Below are positions 54,218 to 64,000 of a stretch of 64,000 nt of DNA, piece by piece; within the stretch, counting starts at the first letter, position 1; every line of letters begins with the position of its first letter. Position numbers and translations under genes: made by a program. Origin of the DNA: Candidatus Marinacidobacterales bacterium (lineage in GTDB: Bacteria; Acidobacteriota; Vicinamibacteria; Marinacidobacterales; DATDRI01); NCBI GenBank assembly GCA_965226495.1, contig OZ245365.1, positions 5,504,001 through 5,568,000 of the forward strand, read 5' to 3'. The notes beneath the pieces were generated by a model, which searched no databases, was not told the origin of the DNA, and worked only from the letters and a program-made list of their open reading frames with translations.

Positions 54218-55555
54218 GTGACGAGCTACCACGCCCCGCTCGCTTGGCTTGGCGGCCCATCGCTGGCGAGCAACGTCCTTTTCAGTGTCGAACATGGGCA
54301 AGTCACCAACATCCGAGCGGCTGCGGACCCGACCGAGGCATCCCGACTCGGCGGCATCGTCCTCCCCGGCTTGGTAAGCGCGCATTCGCATGCTTTCCAC
54401 CGCGCACTTCGTGGGAAGACGCATGGTGAAGGTGGCGATTTCTGGGCCTGGCGAAACAAGATGTACGCAATGGCCAATCGGCTCAACCCGACCACTTACC
54501 GCCGCCTTGCGACCGAGGTGTTCGGCGAGATGCTGCGAGCCGGGATCACAGCAGTCGGCGAATTTCACTACCTCCACCATCAGCCCGACGGCGCTCCGTA
54601 TGCTGTAAGGCATGCAATGGAACACGCTATCGTGGGAGCCGCCCGCGACAGCGGTATCCGCCTCACGTTGATCGACACGCGCTACCTGTCCTCCGACATC
54701 GACGGATCGCCCCCGTTGCCCGAGCAACGGCGCTTCTCCGATGGGACCGTGAACGACTGGGCTACGCGAGTACGAGAACTCGCCGAATCACTCGACACGC
54801 CGACAGTTCGACTCGGTGTGGCCGCCCACAGCGTGCGAGCCGTGCCGGCACCAGATCTTCCGAACGTCGCGGCCCTCGCCGACGAGCTCGACGCGCCGGT
54901 CCATGTCCACATATCGGAGCAGCGCGCCGAGAACGCCGCGTGTCGCGCCGCGCATGGCACCAGTCCCACAGCGCTCCTTCGCGACACCGGAGTGCTGAAC
55001 CAGCGTGCGACGGCCGTGCACGCAACTCACTTGGAGGAAAGCAACATCGCAATCTATGGGTCTTCCGGAGCAGGCGTCTGCTTGTGCCCGACGACCGAAC
55101 GCGAGCTCGGCGACGGGATCGGCCCGGCCATCGAATTGCGTGACGCAGGCGTACGACTCAGTCTCGGGAGCGACAGCAACGCGGTCGTCGATCTGTTCGA
55201 AGAGGCACGCGCCTTGGAGTTAAACGACCGGCTCCGTCTCGAACGACGCGGGATTCATGCACCCGAGCATCTGATGACGGCCGCAACAAGCGGCGGGATG
55301 CGCGCGTTGGGATGGGGCGACTGGCGGCCGCTCTCGGTCGGCGCTCCTGCCGACTTCATCGTGCTCGACCCGAACGCTGCGGAACTTGCCGGGTTCGAAA
55401 CGGCCGACGGTGTCGGCGGGCTGCTGTTCGCGGCAACGCCGAGGGCCGTCTCGGACGTGGTGGTGGCCGGAGAACAGGTCATACGCAATGGTGAAAACGT
55501 GGGAGGACAATCTCCAACCGGTCTGGCTGCGGCAATCTTGGCGGTGTCGTCATGA
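54218..55555 (+). CDS. hutF: Formimidoylglutamate deiminase
   Basis: HSHAFHRALRG, DFWAWR, EFHYLHH, HSVRAV, HISEQ..E, CPTTERELGDG, GSDS. Confidence 0.93.
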   Translation: MTSYHAPLAWLGGPSLASNVLFSVEHGQVTNIRAAADPTEASRLGGIVLPGLVSAHSHAFHRALRGKTHGEGGDFWAWRNKMYAMANRLNPTTYRRLATEVFGEMLRAGITAVGEFHYLHHQPDGAPYAVRHAMEHAIVGAARDSGIRLTLIDTRYLSSDIDGSPPLPEQRRFSDGTVNDWATRVRELAESLDTPTVRLGVAAHSVRAVPAPDLPNVAALADELDAPVHVHISEQRAENAACRAAHGTSPTALLRDTGVLNQRATAVHATHLEESNIAIYGSSGAGVCLCPTTERELGDGIGPAIELRDAGVRLSLGSDSNAVVDLFEEARALELNDRLRLERRGIHAPEHLMTAATSGGMRALGWGDWRPLSVGAPADFIVLDPNAAELAGFETADGVGGLLFAATPRAVSDVVVAGEQVIRNGENVGGQSPTGLAAAILAVSS

Positions 55556-56784
55556 CAATCTCCGTTGACACCGTGATCGTCGACGGGATCGTTGCAACCT
55601 TGCAATCCGGATCGGCTGGATCGGAGCCATACGGGCTGCTCAGCGACGCCGTCATAGGGATCACCGATGGCCGCATCAGCTATCTCGGTCCGGAGGTCGG
55701 TGCCGAAACCAAGCAGCGTTGGTCCGTCGGCGGCCGGTTGATCACACCCGCCCTCATCGACTGTCACACCCACCTCGTCTTCGGAGGCGAACGCATCACC
55801 GAGTTCGAGCGACGACTCGGTGGCACCACTTACGAAGAGATTGCGAGTGCCGGCGGCGGCATCCTTTCGACAGTCACAGCCACCAGAGCCGCGTCGAACG
55901 ACGAACTTTTTGATTCCGGCGCTCGCCGCCTCCGCTGGCTACTACAGAGCGGTGTCGGCACGGTGGAGATCAAGTCGGGCTACGGGCTGAATGCCCACCA
56001 TGAGCTACGCATGCTGCGGGTGGCCCGACGTCTCGGCGACGCGTTGCCGGTGCGGATCGTGACGTCGCTCCTCGCGGCTCACGCCATCCCTCCCGAACAT
56101 CGAGCAGACCCGGACCGTTACATCTCCGAGATCTGCGAAGACATGATCCCGGCGGCGGCGGAAGAGGGATTGGCCGATTCTGTGGATGCGTATGGCGAAC
56201 GGATTGCATTTACACCGGCACAGGTCCGCCGGGTCTTCGACGCGGCGCGCGACGCCAATCTAGCAGTGCGATTGCACGCCGACCAGTTGAGCGATTCGGG
56301 CGGTGCCGCTTTGGCGGCCGAGTATGGCGCGTTGTCCGCGGATCACCTCGAACACACCTCCGATGCAGGCGTTGACGCGTTGGCGACTGCGGGCACGGTC
56401 GCGGTACTGATCCCAGGAGCGTCCGCCTTCCTGAACGAGGAAGCACGCCCACCGATCGCAAAGATGCGTCGCGCCGGCGTGCGGATCGCGGTCTCAACCG
56501 ATCTCAACCCCGGGACCGCTCCATTCGGTTCCCTCCAAGAAGCGATGGCATTGGCCAGCGCTCGCTTCCGGCTGACACCTGAGGAAACGCTGGCCGGGAC
56601 CACTCGACATGCGGCGGCCGCTCTCGGTTTGGGCGACACCGGGGTTATCCAGCCCGGCATGCGTGCCGACCTCACGGTTTGGGACGTGAAGTCGCCGGCG
56701 GCTTTGTCGTACTGGTCCGGGGCACCACTCTGCGCGGAGGTATGGATCAACGGAATCATCCACTATGAAAGAGACGAACCATGA
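55552..56784 (+). CDS. hutI: Imidazolonepropionase
   Basis: DCHTHLVFGG, GGGILSTV, EIKSGYG, HADQL, SADHLE, TDLNPG. Confidence 0.95.
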   Translation: MTISVDTVIVDGIVATLQSGSAGSEPYGLLSDAVIGITDGRISYLGPEVGAETKQRWSVGGRLITPALIDCHTHLVFGGERITEFERRLGGTTYEEIASAGGGILSTVTATRAASNDELFDSGARRLRWLLQSGVGTVEIKSGYGLNAHHELRMLRVARRLGDALPVRIVTSLLAAHAIPPEHRADPDRYISEICEDMIPAAAEEGLADSVDAYGERIAFTPAQVRRVFDAARDANLAVRLHADQLSDSGGAALAAEYGALSADHLEHTSDAGVDALATAGTVAVLIPGASAFLNEEARPPIAKMRRAGVRIAVSTDLNPGTAPFGSLQEAMALASARFRLTPEETLAGTTRHAAAALGLGDTGVIQPGMRADLTVWDVKSPAALSYWSGAPLCAEVWINGIIHYERDEP

Positions 56785-57362
56785 TCCGCCCCATTCCACA
56801 GATCGGCGACCCCATCCTGCGAACCGCCGCCACCGCCGTTACCCTCGAAGAGCTCCGTGGCGAGGAGACGCAGCAACTCATCGACGACATGATCGAAACG
56901 ATGCGCCATGCCGAAGGTGCCGGAATCGCCGCCCAGCAAGTCGGCGTCCCGGTAAGAATCTGCATCCTCAGTGTGGAGCGGAACGAGCGGTATCCCTACA
57001 AGCCACCGCTTCCCCTCACCGTGCTCGTCAACCCGGTGCTCGAGGTTCTCGAGGACGTCACCTTTCTCAACAACGAAGGCTGCTTGAGCGTGCCGCTACG
57101 TGGCGATCTCCATCGTTTCATGACCGTACGCGTCCGCTCCTTGGATCGGCATGGGGAGAAGTTCGAACAGACCTATCGCGGTTTGAGTGCCGGCAGCGTG
57201 CAACACGAGCTCGATCATCTCGACGGGCACCTCATCGTCGACCGGATCCACGACCCCACTACGTTCTCGACTTGGGACAACTTCAAGATGTACGGGTATG
57301 ACGACTACATCCGGCGGATCCAGCCCGTGATCGAAAAGACCGAACCGCGATCGGAGAAGTGA
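56781..57362 (+). CDS. def: Peptide deformylase
   Basis: GAGIAAQQVG, EGCLS, QHELDHLDG. Confidence 0.93.
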   Translation: MIRPIPQIGDPILRTAATAVTLEELRGEETQQLIDDMIETMRHAEGAGIAAQQVGVPVRICILSVERNERYPYKPPLPLTVLVNPVLEVLEDVTFLNNEGCLSVPLRGDLHRFMTVRVRSLDRHGEKFEQTYRGLSAGSVQHELDHLDGHLIVDRIHDPTTFSTWDNFKMYGYDDYIRRIQPVIEKTEPRSEK

Positions 57363-57397
57363 TAACCGGCATCGCCTCGCCGGCACTTTACCTAGAC

Positions 57398-57693
57398 CTA
57401 CTTGCGGGCGGTCTCGGTATCCTTCTCAGCTTTTTCAGGTGCAGGATTTTCGGGCTCCGGAGGTGGACTCCAGAAGTTCGGGCTGCCTCCGGCCTTTGCG
57501 GCATGCTCACCATGGTAGAGAGCGCAGTTGAAGACGATGCGGAAGGTGCCAAACGATTGGCCTCGCCATTGCGGTCGAAAGCCAAGCAGGACGACGTGAC
57601 CCTTGCCGTGGCGAACATCCAAAGCGGCAGCGAAACCGTTGATGTGCTCCTCACCTAGCAAGTAGCCCGACAGAAGGGGAGAGCCCGCCTCGC
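57398..57693 (-). pseudogene. C-terminal remnant of an M14-type secreted peptidase-like protein
   Basis: PLLSGYLLG...[24 protein letters not shown] tail with no matching N-terminus. Confidence 0.6.
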
Positions 57694-57956
57694 CAGGCCA
57701 CCATCGCAATGAGTGTGGGTATCGATGAATCCGGGAGCGACGACCAAACTCTCAGCATCAATGATCTGGGCGGCCGTTTTCCCGGCCAGCTCCCCTATCT
57801 CGACGATGGTGTCTCCCATGATGCCGACGTCGCCTCGAAACCCGGAATCTCCGGAACCATCAACGTTCCGTTCGTTCTGATGAGGATGTCAAAATCTTCA
57901 CCAGCGCTGACACAACCGAACGAGATCAAAATGAGAATTAAGCTGCGTTCGGGCAT
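57694..57956 (-). pseudogene. N-terminal remnant of an N-acyl-D-amino-acid deacylase (amidohydrolase)
   Basis: Signal peptide, FDILIR, frameshift near 57865, VDGSG...DVGI...[14 protein letters not shown], then ends abruptly. Confidence 0.75.
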
Positions 57957-58067
57957 GGTTCCCCTCGTGGCCCGGAACTGTACCGACGGAAACGTAGCCC
58001 GGCAAGAGTAGAGCGCCCTGAACCACCGTGGGGAGATTCCTTTCCGAGTGTGTTACGCTCGCGCGAA

Positions 58068-58922
58068 ATGCCAGTCTACAACGGCACCGGCATGCTCAAG
58101 AAGGTCTTGCTCTGTCCGTCCACCTATTACGAGCTGGTTCCAGTCGACGACTACGCGCGAACCGCGCTCGAACGAGGCGACAAGGTCGACCACGAGAAGG
58201 CCGAGGCACAGCACAACGAACTAGTTGATATCTACCGAGATGCAGGGGTTGACGTCTTTTGGACCGAGGAGCCCGACCCCACCCGCCACTACGCAGTCAA
58301 CGCGCGGGATTTCGCCGTCAACTCTCCTGAAGGGTTCGTCATCTGTCGCTTCAAGTATTCGGAGCGCCGAGGAGAAGAGATTCCCGGCGAAAAACAATTA
58401 CGGAAATTGGGCTACAACATTTTCGGACACATCGAGCGCGGTTGTTGGGAAGGCGGTGACAATAAGTACATCGACGACAAGAATCTCGCCACCGGAACAG
58501 GGGAGCGAAGCACCTGGCCCGGTATTCACAACGCACAAGAGATATTCGCCAAACAAGGCATCAAGGTGCATGGCATTCCCTTCCCACCGAAATGGACTCA
58601 TCTTGATTGTCTTTTCGCTCCCGTCGCCCCGAAGCTGGCTTTGATCGTGAAATCCGAGGTCCCCGACTGGTTCGTGGGATTTCTCGAAGGCCGAGAATGC
58701 GAGCTGGTAGACATCCCCGTAGAAAAAGCCGAAGGAGAGGTCGCCCTCAACGTATTGTGTCTTGGCAAGGATCGAGTTATCTCTTTCAAAGACAACACGT
58801 ATATCAATGACATCTTGAAAGGCCTGGGGCTAACTGTCTACGCACCAGATCTAAGCGAGTACACCGAGCGCGGTCAGGGACCGCATTGCCTGACCTGCGA
58901 GCTCGATCGAGATCGGGAATAG
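58068..58922 (+). CDS. Amidinotransferase / dimethylarginine dimethylaminohydrolase family protein
   Basis: ARD, RRGE, EGGD, HLD, GPHCLT catalytic set. Confidence 0.9.
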   Translation: MPVYNGTGMLKKVLLCPSTYYELVPVDDYARTALERGDKVDHEKAEAQHNELVDIYRDAGVDVFWTEEPDPTRHYAVNARDFAVNSPEGFVICRFKYSERRGEEIPGEKQLRKLGYNIFGHIERGCWEGGDNKYIDDKNLATGTGERSTWPGIHNAQEIFAKQGIKVHGIPFPPKWTHLDCLFAPVAPKLALIVKSEVPDWFVGFLEGRECELVDIPVEKAEGEVALNVLCLGKDRVISFKDNTYINDILKGLGLTVYAPDLSEYTERGQGPHCLTCELDRDRE

Positions 58923-58997
58923 GCATGCTCGTCAGCTCGGGTCGTATCAACAATATTTATTTTGAAAAAGCCCGCTAGTGAACGGGTAGGAGATGCC

Positions 58998-59350
58998 ATG
59001 AAGATCACTCTATTTCGACGCCTGGCTCTAACCGTTTTGTTACGGGGTGATGGGCGGCAGCATGCAACCAACAAGGCCACGTCCAGGTGCTCCTCAACAT
59101 GATCGAGTTCGGGATGAATGTGCAGGAGGCGGGTGAGGCACCACGGTTCCGGCACTTCACCGGTCCAAACGTCGGCTTCGAATCGGGGATCGACATCGAA
59201 GTGCTGCAGGAGCTCATCCGAAAGGGTCATCGGCCCATGACGCGCATGGGAGTCTATGGCGGATACCAAGCCATCCGGATTGATTGGGAAACCGGCGTCC
59301 TCATCGGAGGCTCCGATCCCCGCAAGGACGGGGCCGCCATGGGTTATTGA
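58998..59350 (+). pseudogene. Gamma-glutamyltransferase remnant (signal peptide joined to the C-terminal ~100 aa)
   Basis: AGGAGA SD + MKITLFRRLALTVLL, then out-of-frame YGVMGGSMQP/QGHVQ...GGSDPRKDGAAMGY. Confidence 0.8.
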
Positions 59351-59410
59351 GCTGAATCAGGGGAGGTGCAGTTCAACCGCAGTTTGTGTCGGGGCCGAGT
59401 CGAAGGAGAC

Positions 59411-61420
59411 CTATTTCTTCTCTTGCTTTTCACGTTTCCACGGTTCCCAGTCCATCCCCATGACATATTTCTGCATCCACCTGATCTCTTCATTGTCGCG
59501 GGTGCGCTGGTGTCTAGCTTCCTGGAAACGATGTGGCTCGCGCGGAAATCTCACATAACGCACCGGCGCCTTGCCGATGTCTTTGAGGGCGGTAAAGAAC
59601 ATCATGGCCTGGTTGGCGGTACTGACCAGATCGCGATCCCCGTGGAGTAGGATCGTTGGGGTCGTCACGTTCTTGACGTACCAGAGTGACGAAACCCGGC
59701 GCCACTCCTCCGGATTGATCCAGTGGGCTCCCCCAATATAGTGAAGCCTGAGGTCAAAGCTGTTCCCGGGTCCCGTCTCTGCCGTCCAACTTCCCACCAT
59801 CGCCCCGAGCGACGCGGCCTTGAAACGGTTGGTCTGAGTAATAACCCAGCTCCCAAGAATTCCTCCCCAACTCCAGCCGCGCAGCGCCAGCCGCTCTGGA
59901 TCGACGTTTCGCTCTGCAATCACATAGTCGACGCCGGTCATGAGATCCTCGTACTCGCCACCGCCCACGTCGCCCATTAGTGCAGTCAGAAGATCATCGC
60001 CATAGCTGTCGCTACCGCGGATGTTCGGCCCCAGGGAGGCGTACCCCAGGCCCCCGAAAATGTGGAACTCGGTCCGGAACCGGTTCCAATAGTGATCCTC
60101 GGGGCCGCCGTGGATGTGGAGGATGAGGGGAAGCTTGGTCCCGGCCCGATGGTCCCCGGGCAGATAGAACACCCCTTCGATCTCCATCCCATCCTTGCTC
60201 TTCCAGCGGATTATCTCCGCCTTCGCCATCAGAATCTCTTTTTCGATCCAGGGGTTGGCGTTCGTTAGACGCACTGGGTTGAGCTCATCCAACGAAGACG
60301 AATACAAATCGGTCGGAGTTTTGAAATCGTTGAGCGAGTAGACCATTCTCGATCGATCTTTCGAGAAATCGAGAGCGCGGAGGGTACCGCTGACGCTCGT
60401 GACGTCGGTGACACGGTTCGTCGCGACGTCGAGGCGCTGGAGATTGCTGTTCGTCCGGCGCGTCTCGTTGAACAGCAGGCTCTTGCTGTCCGGCGCCCAA
60501 GTAAGATTGGAGATCTCGCCTTGATTCTGACCTTGAAGTTTCTTCTTCTCTTTTGTTTCCGGATTCATCACCCAGATAAAACCGTTGGTTAGTTCGTACT
60601 CGCCGTCGGAAGGGGCGTGGTAGGCAATGGTTTCGCCATCCGGAGACCAGATAACGCTGCTTTCGGGAGCGTTGTTATTGGTGAGGCGAACGATCTCAGG
60701 CTTCCCGGTATCGACGAGGTAGAGCTCCGACAAGTAGAAGTAATCATCGAGTTCCTGCCGCTCCGCCGCAAAGACTGCTCGCTCGCCGTCCGGCGAGATG
60801 TCGAACTCACTGATGACGAGCTCTTCGTCCGTGAGGCGGATCTCTTCCATGGAAGAAAGGTCGAGCGCCCAAAGGTTGCGCCAACTTCCTTCCTCTCGCC
60901 CATGCGGGCCCTCACGGACGAAGTATGCATCCTCCCCCTTGTCATGCTCCTTTTCCTTTTCCTCGCTCAGCGCCTCGTCGGCGGTGAAGAATATCCCACG
61001 CCCGTCCGGAGACCATTTGTAAGACTCGACACCGTTCTCATGATCGGTGAGTCTCGTGGCCTCGCCACCATCGGTTCTCATCCAAAAGACCTGGTCGTCG
61101 TCATCGATGGACCTAAAAAAAGAGAGATACTTCCCGTCCGGGGAGAACTGGAACGATTCGCCCCCCGCGTCCCCAATGAACTGAGTGGCATCCCCGCCTC
61201 CGGCGGGAATCATGTAGTATTTCTTCTTCCTCTCGTTCTCGTCCCAATCGAGCTCCGATTCAGAAAAGAAGACCCATTCGCCATCCGGGGCCATGATCAC
61301 GTCTGCGATGCGGATCATGTTCAGGGCGTCGTCGACAGTCATGGGACGGCGTGCCGAACCTTGTGCGAGAAGGCTCGAACCAATGAACACACCAGTAACG
61401 ATGCTGATGCTTACGCGCAT
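59411..61420 (-). CDS. S9 family peptidase (acylaminoacyl/dipeptidyl peptidase) with beta-propeller
   Basis: Signal peptide, SPDG repeats, HGGP, GWSWGG, HGDRD, REPH. Confidence 0.95.
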   Translation of the reverse strand: MRVSISIVTGVFIGSSLLAQGSARRPMTVDDALNMIRIADVIMAPDGEWVFFSESELDWDENERKKKYYMIPAGGGDATQFIGDAGGESFQFSPDGKYLSFFRSIDDDDQVFWMRTDGGEATRLTDHENGVESYKWSPDGRGIFFTADEALSEEKEKEHDKGEDAYFVREGPHGREEGSWRNLWALDLSSMEEIRLTDEELVISEFDISPDGERAVFAAERQELDDYFYLSELYLVDTGKPEIVRLTNNNAPESSVIWSPDGETIAYHAPSDGEYELTNGFIWVMNPETKEKKKLQGQNQGEISNLTWAPDSKSLLFNETRRTNSNLQRLDVATNRVTDVTSVSGTLRALDFSKDRSRMVYSLNDFKTPTDLYSSSLDELNPVRLTNANPWIEKEILMAKAEIIRWKSKDGMEIEGVFYLPGDHRAGTKLPLILHIHGGPEDHYWNRFRTEFHIFGGLGYASLGPNIRGSDSYGDDLLTALMGDVGGGEYEDLMTGVDYVIAERNVDPERLALRGWSWGGILGSWVITQTNRFKAASLGAMVGSWTAETGPGNSFDLRLHYIGGAHWINPEEWRRVSSLWYVKNVTTPTILLHGDRDLVSTANQAMMFFTALKDIGKAPVRYVRFPREPHRFQEARHQRTRDNEEIRWMQKYVMGMDWEPWKREKQEKK

Positions 61421-61429
61421 AATTGAATC

Positions 61430-61900
61430 ACGGAGCTATTCCAACCTTCCTCTGTGTTCTGGGCACCGCGGATGCCGACCTGCACCGCCCGCTTGGGATC
61501 GAGCAACCCCTCTTCGACAGCCCGTCGGAACGGCGCGGCGTGCACCTTACGGCAGAACTCCGCAATATCTTCGAGCGCTTCTTCCACGTTGTAACCATGT
61601 GTCAGAATGACGTCACCCCAAATCGGCCACGCGGCAAAGCTCGTAGGGATCGATCTTGCTGACGTGATGGATAGCGCGCATCAGGCTCGAGCTGTTTCGC
61701 ATTTCGCAAGGGCCATGCCGTGCGCCGGTCCTATTGGTGACCGCGATGTCGAACGGCACACCAATCAAGCCGATGTCTACTTCAGAGGGATCACGAACGA
61801 GCGGGGCACGCATGAAGGTAGCGATGTCCGTGTAGCGCGGCGACAGCACGGGGTTATAGTCGTCGGCCACGAGCCGTGTCCGCTCCTTTGGCTTGTTCAC
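61430..61900 (-). pseudogene. Agmatinase/ureohydrolase remnant
   Basis: PRYT..TFMR, GVPFD...GARHGP, DL/GD frameshift near 61617, metal-binding core deleted near 61535, PFRRAVEEG...QVGIRG, then truncated. Confidence 0.85.
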
Positions 61901-61952
61901 GATATATAGCTTCCCCGTGCTCGTTGAACCCTCTTGGACAGTGCCCGGACCG

Positions 61953-64000
61953 ATGATGATAATGATAGCCGTGACGACAAGGCAAACCGCTGCTCGGTTG
62001 GCCGCCTGCACCTGCCTCTGGGTGACAGCGCTCTTTGCCACATCGTGCAATTGGCTCTCAGATGAGCCACCACCAGCGGCACGGCACCTCGTCCTCGTCA
62101 CCATCGACACGTTGCGCGCCGATCGTCTCGGGATCTACGGCAACAAGGACGTGGCCACACCACACATGGACCGGCTGGCGGAAGAAGGAGCGATGGCACC
62201 GGACGCAACGGTCCATGTGCCTCTGACTCGTCCCTCACACGCGTCCCTGTTTTCCGGTCTCCTGCCTTCAGAGCATGGTATCCGCGATAATGTCGCACCG
62301 AGCCTCGACCCCGACATCCCGTTGCTAGCCGAGGTCCTGAAGGCAGCGCGCTTTCGCACCGCCGCCTTCGTCTCTTCGGTCGTGCTCGAAGCGCAGTCCG
62401 GCCTCGACCGAGGCTTCGAACTCTACGGCGATGAGTTCGAAGAAGAAGACGGTGACGACGCGCGTTTCCTGAACACGGTCCAGAAACGTGGTGACCTCAC
62501 GATGGACGACGCCCTGGCTTGGCTCGAGTCGAATAGCGCCGGCGACAGGCTCTTCGCGTGGATCCATCTTTACGATCCGCACGACCCCTACGAACCTCCC
62601 GAGCCCTATGCCACTCAATACGCCGACCGACCCTACGACGGCGAGGTGGCGTGGTCCGATGAGCTGCTCGGTCGCCTCGACGAGAAACTAGAACTATTGG
62701 GTCTACGGGACGACACGCTCCTCATCGTGACATCTGATCACGGCGAAGGCTTGGGAGACCACGGGGAAACCCTTCACGGTTTCTTCCTCTACCAATCGAC
62801 TCTCGCCGTGCCACTCCTCTTTCGTGGGCCCGGCGTGGTTCCCGGTCAGCGCCTGTCGGTGACCGCGCGAACTATCGATCTGTTTCCAACAATGCTCGAC
62901 CTGCTGGGCTTGAACATTCCGCCGGAGATCCACGTCTCCGGACGTAGCCTGGCAGGTGCGCTGCGGGGAAGGGAAGACCTCGCCGAGGAATCGTCTTATG
63001 CCGAAACCTTGGTGCCGCTTCTCCATTTCGGATGGAGCGATCTCCGATCATTCCGCAAAGGTCGTTGGAAATACATCGAGGCACCTCGCCCGGAGCTTTA
63101 CGACTTGGAGAACGATCCGGGGGAGACGAAGAATCTGGTGAGATCGAAATCGTCCGCGGCCGACTCCCTCCGGTCCAGTCTCGCTCAAGTTCTCGAGGCG
63201 GAGCGCGCGACAGCAAAGTCCGACGTGAGCGATGTCCCTCGCGATCTTCTCGAGAAGCTGGGGGCGCTCGGTTACCTCGGTGCCGGCGCGTCGGCGACGG
63301 AATCCCCGGGAGCGGATCCCAAGGACAAGATCGAAGAGTTTCGTGTCGCGAACGCCTTGATCCGGGAAGGACTCACTCTCTTCCGCGAGAAGAAATTTTC
63401 TCAAAGCATCGAGCGGTTCGAGGAATTGCTCCGTCGACGAATCGAGAGTTTCGAAGTGCACTACTATCTTGGCCGTGGGCTTTTGGCCTCGAAACGATAC
63501 TCGGAGGCGGCACCTCACTTCGAAAAGGCGATCGAGCTCCAACCGAGTTACGCAGCTGCCTACGAAGCGCTTGCCGAGTGCCGCGCCAGCAACGAGGATC
63601 TGGAAGGCGCGGTGGCGGCCCTGCAGGAGGGTCAGCGGGCCGTTCCCGGCGACGCCGGGCTGTTCAAACGCGAAGCGAGGGTTTGGCGATTGCTCAAGAA
63701 CGGACAGGAGGCACGCCGCGCTTATGAAGCCGCCCTTCCGCTGGCACCCGATGACGCCCTCCTTCGCGTGCAGCTCGGGGAGCTTCTCCGCGATTTGGGT
63801 CACTTAGACGATTCGGTGCGGCGCCTGAAGGAAGCGATCGAGCTCGAGCCTGACCGGGCGTCCTTCTGGAACTCCCTCGGAATGGTGCTGGGAGGAAGGG
63901 ACCAACTCGACGAAGCCGAAAACGCCTTCCGGGAGGCATGGAAGCGGGACGAGTCCAACGCCCAGTACGCCTACAACCTCGGTTTGGCGCTTCTCCGTCT
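61953..64000 (+). CDS. Sulfatase-like hydrolase/transferase with C-terminal TPRs (partial, runs off the window; absent from the ORF track)
   Basis: LVTIDTLRAD, VPLTRPSHASLFSG, YDPHDPY, YDGEV, SDHGE, LGALGY, then TPRs; start approximate. Confidence 0.9.
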   Translation, partial: MMIMIAVTTRQTAARLAACTCLWVTALFATSCNWLSDEPPPAARHLVLVTIDTLRADRLGIYGNKDVATPHMDRLAEEGAMAPDATVHVPLTRPSHASLFSGLLPSEHGIRDNVAPSLDPDIPLLAEVLKAARFRTAAFVSSVVLEAQSGLDRGFELYGDEFEEEDGDDARFLNTVQKRGDLTMDDALAWLESNSAGDRLFAWIHLYDPHDPYEPPEPYATQYADRPYDGEVAWSDELLGRLDEKLELLGLRDDTLLIVTSDHGEGLGDHGETLHGFFLYQSTLAVPLLFRGPGVVPGQRLSVTARTIDLFPTMLDLLGLNIPPEIHVSGRSLAGALRGREDLAEESSYAETLVPLLHFGWSDLRSFRKGRWKYIEAPRPELYDLENDPGETKNLVRSKSSAADSLRSSLAQVLEAERATAKSDVSDVPRDLLEKLGALGYLGAGASATESPGADPKDKIEEFRVANALIREGLTLFREKKFSQSIERFEELLRRRIESFEVHYYLGRGLLASKRYSEAAPHFEKAIELQPSYAAAYEALAECRASNEDLEGAVAALQEGQRAVPGDAGLFKREARVWRLLKNGQEARRAYEAALPLAPDDALLRVQLGELLRDLGHLDDSVRRLKEAIELEPDRASFWNSLGMVLGGRDQLDEAENAFREAWKRDESNAQYAYNLGLALLR

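Overview
About 60% GC bacterial chromosome segment; the 16S 5' end (GATCCTGGCTCAGAATC) and the gene repertoire (ADOP permease, carboxypeptidase-domain TonB receptor, kinase-TPR) point to Acidobacteriota. 1-13 kb (minus): Wzx/Wzy-dependent polysaccharide cluster with a bacillosamine-type pathway (PglF/E/D/C-like). 13.2-18.8 kb: complete rrn operon (16S, tRNA-Ile, tRNA-Ala, 23S, 5S), preceded by an unexplained ~0.8 kb segment that has its own strong promoter. 19.8-40 kb: mostly core genes (Ser/Thr kinase-TPR, tyrS, purN, purM, carAB, thiO-like oxidase, rhomboid, SWIM-SNF2, tRNA-Ser, tadA). 40-46.6 kb: BlaI / BlaR1-HEAT / M1 peptidase / ADOP permease operon with three clear operators. 46.6-64 kb: accessory region with an IS30-split TonB receptor, a hutF-hutI-def block, several deletion chimeras and pseudogenes, an amidinotransferase-family gene, an S9 peptidase and a sulfatase-TPR gene running off the end. 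I found no CRISPR, prophage or recognisable defence system. The best leads are the unexplained pre-rrn transcript, the BlaI-HEAT regulon, two short insertions interrupting the tyrS 3' end, a REP-like repeat domesticated into the purN-tyrS junction, and a wzx gene that apparently needs a CTG start. Some lesions could be assembly errors.
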